Positions 17,714 to 25,958 of a stretch of 33,670 nt of DNA are shown here, one piece after another. Below the pieces are notes generated by a model. It was given only the letters and a program-made list of their open reading frames with translations, made no database searches and was not told where the DNA came from. Within the stretch, counting starts at the first letter, position 1. Each line of letters starts with the position of its first letter. This DNA is from a virus. Its lineage: Duplodnaviria > Caudoviricetes. Location of the stretch: positions 1 through 33,670 of the IMG/VR virus record IMGVR_UViG_3300015370_000034; one strand, written 5' to 3'. The position numbers and the translations under genes were made by a program.

Positions 17714-17920
17714 GTGATGATTAGTATGCCAAAATATGATAAAGATGATATTTTGTGGTTTAGTGGGCATTATTATGTTGGTCCTGCAAAAATATTGACT
17801 AATCCGAAAAAGTGGAACGAATCTTATGGGTGGCAATATTATATACTGTTACCAAATAAATCTACAGTTTATAACGTGTTTGAACGTAGTTTGAGTTTAA
17901 TAGAGTGCAATAATGTTTAA
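17714..17920 (+). CDS. Small Y-x-G-P family protein
   Basis: KYDKDDILWF...YVGPAKIL...YYILLP. Confidence 0.7.
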   Translation: MMISMPKYDKDDILWFSGHYYVGPAKILTNPKKWNESYGWQYYILLPNKSTVYNVFERSLSLIECNNV

Positions 17921-18851
17921 GAAGTTTTATAAGATTAGAAATCATTATGACAGGAAGCGAATATTAAAGTGGGTTGAATATTACCCAGAACTTGCCTCAT
18001 GTAAATTTATTGTTCAGGAGAAAATACATGGGGCCAATTTTGCCATTCAATTTAAGTCAGATGGTTCGTATTCTTTTCAAAAGAGAAATTCAAATCTATC
18101 TATGGATAGTAACTTTTTTAACTTTCAATTGATTTTAGAAGATCAAGAGGTCATTAGTTTTATTGATAGAATGACGTGTTTTTGCAAGACACAGTGTTGT
18201 AATTGGATTATTTTTGGAGAACTTTACGGTGATGGTATTCAAAAGGAAGTTAAGTATGGTTCTAAAAGAAAGGTAAGATTTTTTGATGGTTATGATTGTG
18301 ATACTGAAAGATGGTTTGCTCCTGAAGAATTAATTGCACTGGCGGGTGAAAGCTTATATGTTCCAGTTGTTGGTTATTTTGATGGATTGCTTAAGGCTTT
18401 AGATGTTAACATTGAGTTTAACAGTCTCTTAAATCCAATTGAGGATAACATTTGTGAAGGTGTTGTAATTCGTCCATTTGAAAAGAATTATATCTATATG
18501 CACGATCACCTTGTCATTAAGAAGAAGAATGAAAAATTCAAGGAAAAGGTAAAGAAAAATATTGATAAGGGTAATGAACCATTAGATGAAAATATTTTGC
18601 GATATAGTGAAATTGCGTGTTCATATGTTACAGAAAACAGATTGAGCAACGTTATTTCACATATTGGTGAACCTTCTGGAATGAAGGATTTTGGTAATTA
18701 TATTGCAGAGTTTATGAAGGATTATAGGGAAGATGTTTATGAAGAAAATCCAGAAATAAAAGATCTTCCAAAGAAAGATTTAAAGATTGTTTTTAGGTCC
18801 GCAAATAATATTGCGGTAGAAATGTTAAAGAAACTAATTATGGAGGGATAA
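17913..18851 (+). CDS. RNA ligase 2 (T4 Rnl2 family)
   Basis: Motif I EKIHGANF, FGELYG, IQKEV.Y, FFD, EGVVIRP, IKKKN.KF.E, VTENRL.NVISHIG. Confidence 0.9.
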   Translation: MFKKFYKIRNHYDRKRILKWVEYYPELASCKFIVQEKIHGANFAIQFKSDGSYSFQKRNSNLSMDSNFFNFQLILEDQEVISFIDRMTCFCKTQCCNWIIFGELYGDGIQKEVKYGSKRKVRFFDGYDCDTERWFAPEELIALAGESLYVPVVGYFDGLLKALDVNIEFNSLLNPIEDNICEGVVIRPFEKNYIYMHDHLVIKKKNEKFKEKVKKNIDKGNEPLDENILRYSEIACSYVTENRLSNVISHIGEPSGMKDFGNYIAEFMKDYREDVYEENPEIKDLPKKDLKIVFRSANNIAVEMLKKLIMEG

Positions 18852-18853
18852 AG

Positions 18854-19084
18854 ATGACATTGGTATCAATATTGGATTTTCTAAGAGATTATAGTTTTAA
18901 CGCCATAGATTGGGATGAAGATGAAAAGGAAATAACTGCGTATTCTAATTTAAGTGGAGAACCATTTTCTCAACAGGAGTTTACTGTAGATTCACCAACA
19001 AGGATGATATTTAATGGCATAGAGGATTATTGTGAGGAAAATAAATTAACCAGTTTTAGGATCGAGTTGAATGGAAAAAATTAA
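18854..19084 (+). CDS. Hypothetical protein
   Basis: GGAGG SD, 76 aa. Confidence 0.6.
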   Translation: MTLVSILDFLRDYSFNAIDWDEDEKEITAYSNLSGEPFSQQEFTVDSPTRMIFNGIEDYCEENKLTSFRIELNGKN

Positions 19085-19292
19085 ATTTACAATATGTGAA
19101 AGAAATAAAAAAACTGTAATAATGAACATATATTTTGAAGGAGAGTTTATTGGAACAATAAATCCACTTTGTGATACTGCTATGAAATTTATAAATTATG
19201 TCGAAGATAGAAACTCCAATATTGACAACAAGGATAGGTTGGAAGTTATTTATGATATTGAAAACCAAGTTTATATTGAGGCAACAAAATGA
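19071..19292 (+). CDS. Hypothetical protein
   Basis: Overlaps both neighbours, 73 aa. Confidence 0.6.
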   Translation: MEKIKFTICERNKKTVIMNIYFEGEFIGTINPLCDTAMKFINYVEDRNSNIDNKDRLEVIYDIENQVYIEATK

Positions 19293-19948
19293 TTTACTTG
19301 ACTTCAGATCACCACTTTATGCACTCCAAAATTATTGAATATTGTAATCGTCCATTTAAGAATTATCAAGAAATGGACAGAGTGTTAATAGAAAATTATA
19401 ATTCTGTTGTGTCAAAAGATGATACAGTTTTTATTCTTGGTGATTTTACTATGTCCAATAATAGAGAGGTAATTGAAAAATATTGTAGTCAACTTAATGG
19501 CAATAAACATTTGATATTGGGGAACCATGATAGAGCAAAGGCATTTACTTATATAGATTGTGGCTTCTTATCGGTACATACTTCGTTTCCATTAGACGAA
19601 TACAATCTGTTAATGGTTCACGATCCATCTGACTCTGATGCTGCAAAATCCATGGGATATGATAAAATATTGTGCGGACATGTTCATGGATTATTTAAGT
19701 TCAAAAATAATGTTCTTAATATTGGAATTGATCAGTTTGATTATACTCCCATTTCACTTGAAACAGCACTAAGTCATTTTTGTCATTTCATCCCTGAAGT
19801 AAAAGAAAATAGAGATGTACACACAGAACATTGTTGTGTTTTTCATGGTTGTAAATATAATGATAATGATTGTCCAGTTGAAAATCGTATAAAGAGACAA
19901 TCTTACCCTTGCGAACAATGTGAAGAACATTTAAAGAAGTGCAAATGA
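19289..19948 (+). CDS. Calcineurin-like metallophosphoesterase with C-terminal Cys/His-rich domain
   Basis: SDHH, LGD, GNHD, VH, GHVH; tail HTEHCCVFHGCKY...CPV...YPCEQC. Confidence 0.88.
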   Translation: MIYLTSDHHFMHSKIIEYCNRPFKNYQEMDRVLIENYNSVVSKDDTVFILGDFTMSNNREVIEKYCSQLNGNKHLILGNHDRAKAFTYIDCGFLSVHTSFPLDEYNLLMVHDPSDSDAAKSMGYDKILCGHVHGLFKFKNNVLNIGIDQFDYTPISLETALSHFCHFIPEVKENRDVHTEHCCVFHGCKYNDNDCPVENRIKRQSYPCEQCEEHLKKCK

Positions 19949-20583
19949 TTAAGAAGAAAAATATTGCTATTTTGGGTGGTTCGTTTGATCCACCACATAT
20001 TGGTCATTTGTTGTTCGCGAGGGCAATAAAAGAAGCAAAAATATATTCTGCTGGTAGTTGGGTAGAATTTGATGAGGTTAGGTTAATGCCTTGTAACGAT
20101 GCTGAACAATGGGGCAAACAATTATCATATGAAGATTATCGTGTTGATATGGTGTCTTTAGCATGTAAACAATTTGATAGAGGGATTATTTGTTGCCCAT
20201 TAGAAATAACTCAAGGATTTGAATATACATACCAAACAGCAGAATATTTATCAAGAGATAATAAATATTGCAATTTCTTTTTTGTTGCAGGACCAGATTG
20301 GGATTATACAAAGTTTAAAAATTATGATAAGATAGTTGAAGATTATGGTATTAAGTTTTTGAGATATTCTGATGTACCAAATAGAATTGATGTTGGTGTT
20401 AGAAGCACAACAATAAGAGAAAGAGTAAGAAAGGGTTTCCCAATTACTGGTATGGTTTTACCAGTTGTTGAGGAATATATTAAAGAACGTGGATTATACG
20501 ATTATTATGAGGCTCCCCTACAAATAAAAAGAATAAGTAAGAGTAGGAGGGTTAAGGCAGCAAAGGTCAACACATTAAAATGA
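19945..20583 (+). CDS. nadD: Nicotinate-nucleotide adenylyltransferase
   Basis: GGSFDPPHIGH (HxGH), G.D, RSTTIRER, V.EYIKE.GLY; ATGA overlap with the phosphoesterase. Confidence 0.88.
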   Translation: MIKKKNIAILGGSFDPPHIGHLLFARAIKEAKIYSAGSWVEFDEVRLMPCNDAEQWGKQLSYEDYRVDMVSLACKQFDRGIICCPLEITQGFEYTYQTAEYLSRDNKYCNFFFVAGPDWDYTKFKNYDKIVEDYGIKFLRYSDVPNRIDVGVRSTTIRERVRKGFPITGMVLPVVEEYIKERGLYDYYEAPLQIKRISKSRRVKAAKVNTLK

Positions 20584-21146
20584 AATTTTTAACTATATTG
20601 TTTGTGTTGTTTATATTCCTTCCAAATTATTCATATTCTCAAGAAGGATTTGACAATATTCCATGGATGTCGTCTTGGGAAGATATACAAAAATTGCCAG
20701 GATTTAGATCAATAAAGGATTGTTCTCAATTTATCCCCAATTATGAAACAAAATATATAACTTCACCAGATCCAATTTATTATAACGTAACTTGCAGTAT
20801 GAAATTTCAAGTAATGAACGATACAAAAATTGTTTTTATTTTTGAGAAAATACTTGATGATTACTACCTAATTGCAGGCAAGGTTGCTATTATTATTCCA
20901 ACAAAAAAGTTTGCGCTATTGTTTTTAAAAGAAAGAATCATAAAAAAGTTTGGTGTCCCAGATAATGTGTTTATTGTTGAAGAAGAATTAGTAAATATTT
21001 GGGTGCATAAAAAAATACTGGTTAACATTGTAACAGTCCCATTTGAAATAAAGGAAGAGACATTTGATATGATTATGGTTATTACATCATTTTTTAGCGA
21101 CATCTTTATTGATATAGAATACGGACCTCTTTCACACCCATTTTAA
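20580..21146 (+). CDS. Hypothetical exported protein
   Basis: Signal-peptide-like N-terminus MKFLTILFVLFIFLP. Confidence 0.6.
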   Translation: MKFLTILFVLFIFLPNYSYSQEGFDNIPWMSSWEDIQKLPGFRSIKDCSQFIPNYETKYITSPDPIYYNVTCSMKFQVMNDTKIVFIFEKILDDYYLIAGKVAIIIPTKKFALLFLKERIIKKFGVPDNVFIVEEELVNIWVHKKILVNIVTVPFEIKEETFDMIMVITSFFSDIFIDIEYGPLSHPF

Positions 21147-21226
21147 CAAATAATAGAAATTTTTTGTCTTTTTTTAATATTTGCAACATATTTAGATTAT
21201 ATGCACTTATTAGGAGAGGTATATAA

Positions 21227-21628
21227 ATGGTCCAAAAAATAAAGCCCAGAGAAAGAGATTTGTTTGATTGGCTTATTATTGCAATACTTATTGTTGGAAC
21301 AATTACTGGTGCAGTTTTTTGGGTGACAGATACAACAAAAGAAGAATCAAGTAGCACAGCAAAAGAAGTCGAGGAAAGAATTATTGAAAAAATTGATAGC
21401 GTTTCTACAGTAGTTGAAATGAGTAACAATGAAACTAAGAAATCGTTAAGTAAGTTAGACGATTCTGTTAGGGTTGTACATAAAAGAGTTGGCGACGCAA
21501 ACAAAAATGTTGATGACTTAAAAGAAAAAATTCATGGTCTTGATGTTAGACAAACAAAAATAGAAACAAAGTTAGGTTCAGTAGATAGTAGGTTAGAAAA
21601 GGTAGAAGTGAAAATTGACAGACAATAG
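21227..21628 (+). CDS. Single-TM coiled-coil membrane protein
   Basis: AGGAG SD; one TM segment then heptad-rich region. Confidence 0.65.
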   Translation: MVQKIKPRERDLFDWLIIAILIVGTITGAVFWVTDTTKEESSSTAKEVEERIIEKIDSVSTVVEMSNNETKKSLSKLDDSVRVVHKRVGDANKNVDDLKEKIHGLDVRQTKIETKLGSVDSRLEKVEVKIDRQ

Positions 21629-21639
21629 GAGAATAAGAA

Positions 21640-22290
21640 ATGGAAGAATATGAAATCATTGAAGCGTTGGTCGGTCACTTTGGAGAAGAGTTTAGGGAAG
21701 AAATAGCAGAAACACTTGAAAATTGGGGTCGTAATGAAAGTCAATATAGTTTTGATGTTGGCGGCGAAGAGTGGAACGCAATTGAAAGTTATGATAAGGC
21801 ACGCGCCATTGCCATTGAACATGTTAAAGATATGCTATATGATGAACCACAATCATTTAATCAAGAGTGGTTGCAATCTTATATAATAATGACTGATACT
21901 GATAGAAGAATACTAGCAGGAGAAGAAGCTAATAATTTTGCATATGAAGTTGTTCGTAACCAACCGGAAGATTATATAGATGAATTGCAAATTCCAGAAG
22001 AATATTTAGATGATCCAAAAGAATGGTCGGAATTTGAGGAAGCATTGGAAAGATTAGAACAAGAAAAATATGATGAAATATATCGTGAATTAGAAGATCC
22101 AGTACAATATTTTGTAGAAGATCAGGGAATGTATGAAATAGATGGATTAATGAAGGCAAGTTTTATTAGTATTGATTATGATACAGCAGCAGAAGACGCC
22201 ATTGATTCAGACGGGTGGGAACACTTCTTAAGTACTTATGATGGTAATTCTGAAGAATTAGAAAATGGTGTTATCATATATAGGGCTTAA
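21640..22290 (+). CDS. Highly acidic hypothetical protein
   Basis: AGGAG SD; DG.EHFLS.YDG C-terminal motif. Confidence 0.7.
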   Translation: MEEYEIIEALVGHFGEEFREEIAETLENWGRNESQYSFDVGGEEWNAIESYDKARAIAIEHVKDMLYDEPQSFNQEWLQSYIIMTDTDRRILAGEEANNFAYEVVRNQPEDYIDELQIPEEYLDDPKEWSEFEEALERLEQEKYDEIYRELEDPVQYFVEDQGMYEIDGLMKASFISIDYDTAAEDAIDSDGWEHFLSTYDGNSEELENGVIIYRA

Positions 22291-22356
22291 TATATAATGG
22301 AATTCATAACATTATTAATAACAATATTAACATATTTTTGTACAGGAGTTTTATAA

Positions 22357-23376
22357 ATGAAGAATTTGAAGCAGTTACTTCTTGAACAAGAAGACATTAA
22401 GCAATATACAACATTAAACGATGCAGCAGCCATACAAAATTTAGATGGATTAGAACAAGGACAGACGAAAATATGGTATGTAAAATCAGAACACACAAGA
22501 GATTATATGTTTGGCTTAGATTTTATTACCAGTAAGCTTGGAAAAGAAGTTCCATCATCTAAAAATATTGAAGAAACATATATGCTGTTAGGATCAATAA
22601 AAGAGAGAGAATTGAACAGTATTTATCAGTTATTACAAGGAGAGGTGTGGTCGCCAAATGGTGAGGCGAGAAACCTAATAACAACATTAGATTTATCACA
22701 CACCAGTATGTCTATTGGTGATATTGTAGAAATTGATGGAAATCTTTATTTTGTGGATAGATATGGATTTAAGAAATTAACAAATGGAAATGTAGTGGAA
22801 ACATTGCAGAGACAAATGATAGAATCGGCTAAATATAATATTGGCGATATAATTAATATAAAATCTAACGGATCATATATTGGTTATGAAGGACGTGCAG
22901 AGATATTAGACCCAGAATATGATCATGCGGGTGCAGTATTAGTTAGACCATTGGATGGAGAAGATACTGATTTCATTGGCGAGTTATCTGTTATGCCAGA
23001 AGAAATAGTTGATGATTATGATGAGACAAACAAATATTTTAATGAAAACAAAGGAGGAGAGAGTAACATGGCTACTAAATTAAACGAAAGACAGTTAAGA
23101 GAAAGAATTTTAAAGATTTACAAGGAAGAAAAGAGAAAACTAAAAGAAGAAGCTGGAGATATTATTTCAGATAAGAATGATGAACCAGATGATATTGAGC
23201 CTAAAAAGGATGTAATGGCTGGTGGAGATAACATTGAAAAACCAATGGATTGGGTTAAAACATTGAATCTTCCAAAAGCCGAAGGGACAAAACTTGTAAG
23301 CGCAATTAAAAAAATTGTAAAGGAAGAATTAAGTAAAAGTAAAAAAAGTAAGAAAGTAGTCAAAAAAGCCAAATAA
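22357..23376 (+). CDS. Multidomain protein: YodL-like domain, SH3-like segment, charged C-terminal region with an internal start at 23068
   Basis: HTSMSIGDIVEIDG.LYFVD.YGF; KYNIGDIINI; AAGGAGG SD before in-frame ATG 23068. Confidence 0.65.
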   Translation: MKNLKQLLLEQEDIKQYTTLNDAAAIQNLDGLEQGQTKIWYVKSEHTRDYMFGLDFITSKLGKEVPSSKNIEETYMLLGSIKERELNSIYQLLQGEVWSPNGEARNLITTLDLSHTSMSIGDIVEIDGNLYFVDRYGFKKLTNGNVVETLQRQMIESAKYNIGDIINIKSNGSYIGYEGRAEILDPEYDHAGAVLVRPLDGEDTDFIGELSVMPEEIVDDYDETNKYFNENKGGESNMATKLNERQLRERILKIYKEEKRKLKEEAGDIISDKNDEPDDIEPKKDVMAGGDNIEKPMDWVKTLNLPKAEGTKLVSAIKKIVKEELSKSKKSKKVVKKAK

Positions 23377-23390
23377 GGGAAAATCTATAA

Positions 23391-23642
23391 ATGAATAATA
23401 TATTAAGACAGTATATTATGGAAATTATAAAGGAAGACTTTGAATTTTCAAAATATAGGTTTGATCCAAAATCATTAGGTGGTGGAGGTATGGGTGGTGG
23501 ATATGGTGCAGGAAGTGGTGATCCCTATGATGATCCGTCAGATTTTTATGGTGCAAGCTTTAATGCAGATTATGATATGATAGACGATGATGGCGATGCT
23601 GATGGCGAAATTGGTGATGGTGATGGTGGTGGAGGCGAGTAA
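23391..23642 (+). CDS. Small Gly/Asp-rich protein
   Basis: N-terminal ILRQYIMEIIKE helix, low-complexity tail. Confidence 0.6.
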   Translation: MNNILRQYIMEIIKEDFEFSKYRFDPKSLGGGGMGGGYGAGSGDPYDDPSDFYGASFNADYDMIDDDGDADGEIGDGDGGGGE

Positions 23643-23764
23643 ATAAAACAATAGAAGTAACCCTTTCAAATAATTCAAACATTTTCCTTCCATTAACACA
23701 ACGAAGAACATAATTATACTATAGAAATATATGTTGAACAAGTGTGTCAATAAGGAGAATAGCG

Positions 23765-23917
23765 TTGATAAGTAAGACATATCTAAAGGATAGAATTCAA
23801 GATATTTGGTTCGCTGAAAATGGTTTTGACATGATTAGAATTACCGATGAGGAATACATAGAATTTGGAAAACAAATAATTGTAGAAAAAATATTGCCGT
23901 TTATAGAGGAGTATTAA
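23765..23917 (+). pseudogene. Remnant C-terminus of a Vsr/DUF559-like endonuclease (50 codons)
   Basis: AAGGAG SD plus TTG; KDRIQDIWFAENGFDMIRITDEE resembles the D..D.W....G..iR C-terminal motif. Confidence 0.45.
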
Positions 23918-23920
23918 AAT

Positions 23921-25060
23921 ATGGCTACTTTTGCAGCAACAACAAGCCCAACACCATTTGGTGTGTATGATAGCGATACCGACTTTATTTCCGATGCAGA
24001 TAAAATCGTTACTTATGTAAAAAGATTCTTGGGTGATGATATTTTACAAGTAGAACTAACTAAGAAACAAATTTGGGGTTGTTTTGAAGAAGCAGCTACA
24101 AGATATTCAGCTATTATCAATCAATACCAAGTAAAATCAGTTTTGTTTAATATTTTAGGTGAAGCAACAGGATCATTATCTGGTAAAGAAAATAAATATC
24201 CTAAAATAGCATTTGAATCTGCAAGACGATATTCAATGGGTGTTTCAAAAGAAATAGCTGTTGGTGGTGATACAACAATGTATTCAGCATCAATAAGCTT
24301 GATCTCAAATCAACAAGATTATAACTTACAAACATTATTATCTTCATCAGCAGCATCAAACTATGGCAGTAATTGGGATGGAGTATCACGAATAAATGTA
24401 AAAAATGTATATCATTTTAGCCCAGTGGCAGCCTATAGATTTTTTGACTCAACTTCAGCAATTAACTATTTGAATAATGAATTCTCGTTTGAAAGCTTTA
24501 CACCAGAAACAATATTTTACGTTTTGCCTGTGTGGGAAGATATATTACGCGGAGGACAAATGGATCTTTCAATGAAGGTAAGGCGATCAAATTATTCATA
24601 TGAAATCATCAATAACAATTTAAGAATATACCCAACTCCAAGCAGTGCTGGTAAATTATGGATTCGTTATCTTGTTAATACTTCAGTTTATGATGATACA
24701 GATCCTCAAGTATCAGGTGTTGCAAATTTATCAAACGCTCCTTTTGGGAATATTGATTATAGTAAAATGAATTCAATATCTAAACAATGGATAAAGGATT
24801 ATACATTAGCATTGTGTAAGGAGCTTCTCGGCATTGTTAGAAGAAAGATGAGTTCCATACCTATTCCAAATGGTGAATTAACACTTGATGGTCCAGAGAT
24901 GGTTTCACAAGGAAGAGAAGATCAATTAAATTTAAGGACAAGATTAGAAGAAGAAATGGAAAGCATGACTTATGACAAATTATCAATTTCTGATGCGTCG
25001 ATGGCAGAGAACGTGAACAAACAACTACGGTATATACCGAATTTAATTTATATCGGATAA
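23921..25060 (+). CDS. Neck/head-completion protein (T4 gp13-like)
   Basis: LG...VELT..Q, WIKDYTLAL.KE.LG..R.K...IP.P.G..TLDG; position in the structural cluster. Confidence 0.75.
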   Translation: MATFAATTSPTPFGVYDSDTDFISDADKIVTYVKRFLGDDILQVELTKKQIWGCFEEAATRYSAIINQYQVKSVLFNILGEATGSLSGKENKYPKIAFESARRYSMGVSKEIAVGGDTTMYSASISLISNQQDYNLQTLLSSSAASNYGSNWDGVSRINVKNVYHFSPVAAYRFFDSTSAINYLNNEFSFESFTPETIFYVLPVWEDILRGGQMDLSMKVRRSNYSYEIINNNLRIYPTPSSAGKLWIRYLVNTSVYDDTDPQVSGVANLSNAPFGNIDYSKMNSISKQWIKDYTLALCKELLGIVRRKMSSIPIPNGELTLDGPEMVSQGREDQLNLRTRLEEEMESMTYDKLSISDASMAENVNKQLRYIPNLIYIG

Positions 25061-25067
25061 ATAAAAG

Positions 25068-25958
25068 ATGAGTTATGTAAATACAAAAGAAACGATCTAT
25101 TATTCTAAGCATCAATCGAACTTTGGTCAAAAAATAACAAAAAGATTTTTAGTTTTGCGATGCGATCATTGTAAAGAGTTTTTTGACAGAAGTTATGCAA
25201 AAAGATTTATTGATAAAAAACACCATTTCTGTTCATATGATTGCAGGAATAAATCAGAAAAATTTTCTAACTTAGTGCGTGATTCAAGAAATATTTTTTT
25301 ATCTTCTAATGGTGCAGAGTATTCCAAAAAAATGAGTAAGATTGTTTCAGATATATGGGCTTGTCGTACTCCAGCGGAATGTGAAAAAATATTTCAAGCT
25401 GTTCAAAAAACAAATATAGAATATTGGGATTCTCTAACAGAAAATGAACGCACGGAGTTTAGTGAAAAAGTTAAGAATGGTCTAAGTCAAATGTCAGCAC
25501 AAAAGAAGGCAAAAAGAATTAAAAAGGCAGGAGAAACATTGAAAAATAAATCTCCAGAAGAAAAACAAGCTTCAAGGGATAAAGCTATGCATACACTCCA
25601 TAAAAATGGTTATGGAAAAAAGAACGTTCGTGTATACTCCAAGAAGCGTGCTGAATTTATGAATTGTCGTTCATCATATGAAAAGAAAGCTATTGAAAAA
25701 ATGGACAATGATGAAGATATTTTATATTATGAATATGAACCAGTTACGATTCCATATGTATTTGATAAAGAAGATCATAGTTATTACCCAGATTTTTTAG
25801 TTGAACATAGATTTGATGGAAGTAAAATTATTGAGGTTAAGCCAAAAAATTTAGTTGAACATGAAGTCAATATTGCTAAATTTGAAGCAGCACGATTATA
25901 TTGTGAAGAATATGATTTACTATATGAAATATGGACTGAAGAAGAGCTTGGTATATAA
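25068..25958 (+). CDS. Putative homing endonuclease (Zn finger plus TnsA-like/gp4-like PD-(D/E)XK domain)
   Basis: CDHC...FCSYDC; RSSYE, YEYEP..IPY, YYPDF, IIEVKP, K..AA..YC, IWTE. Confidence 0.75.
   Translation: MSYVNTKETIYYSKHQSNFGQKITKRFLVLRCDHCKEFFDRSYAKRFIDKKHHFCSYDCRNKSEKFSNLVRDSRNIFLSSNGAEYSKKMSKIVSDIWACRTPAECEKIFQAVQKTNIEYWDSLTENERTEFSEKVKNGLSQMSAQKKAKRIKKAGETLKNKSPEEKQASRDKAMHTLHKNGYGKKNVRVYSKKRAEFMNCRSSYEKKAIEKMDNDEDILYYEYEPVTIPYVFDKEDHSYYPDFLVEHRFDGSKIIEVKPKNLVEHEVNIAKFEAARLYCEEYDLLYEIWTEEELGI

Noticed and set aside
214-21628. Genome-wide TAG reassignment (code 15 phage)
   Set aside because: TAG ends many genes at sensible positions (1194, 7160, 8709, 9465, 15232, 17206, 21628), and long genes including the sheath have no internal TAG.
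21227-21628. Holin or spanin call
   Set aside because: One TM segment plus a coiled coil is not diagnostic, and no endolysin is adjacent.
23478-23640. GGT/GAT repeats as a CRISPR array or satellite
   Set aside because: This is low-complexity Gly/Asp coding sequence; no repeat-spacer array was seen anywhere in the window.
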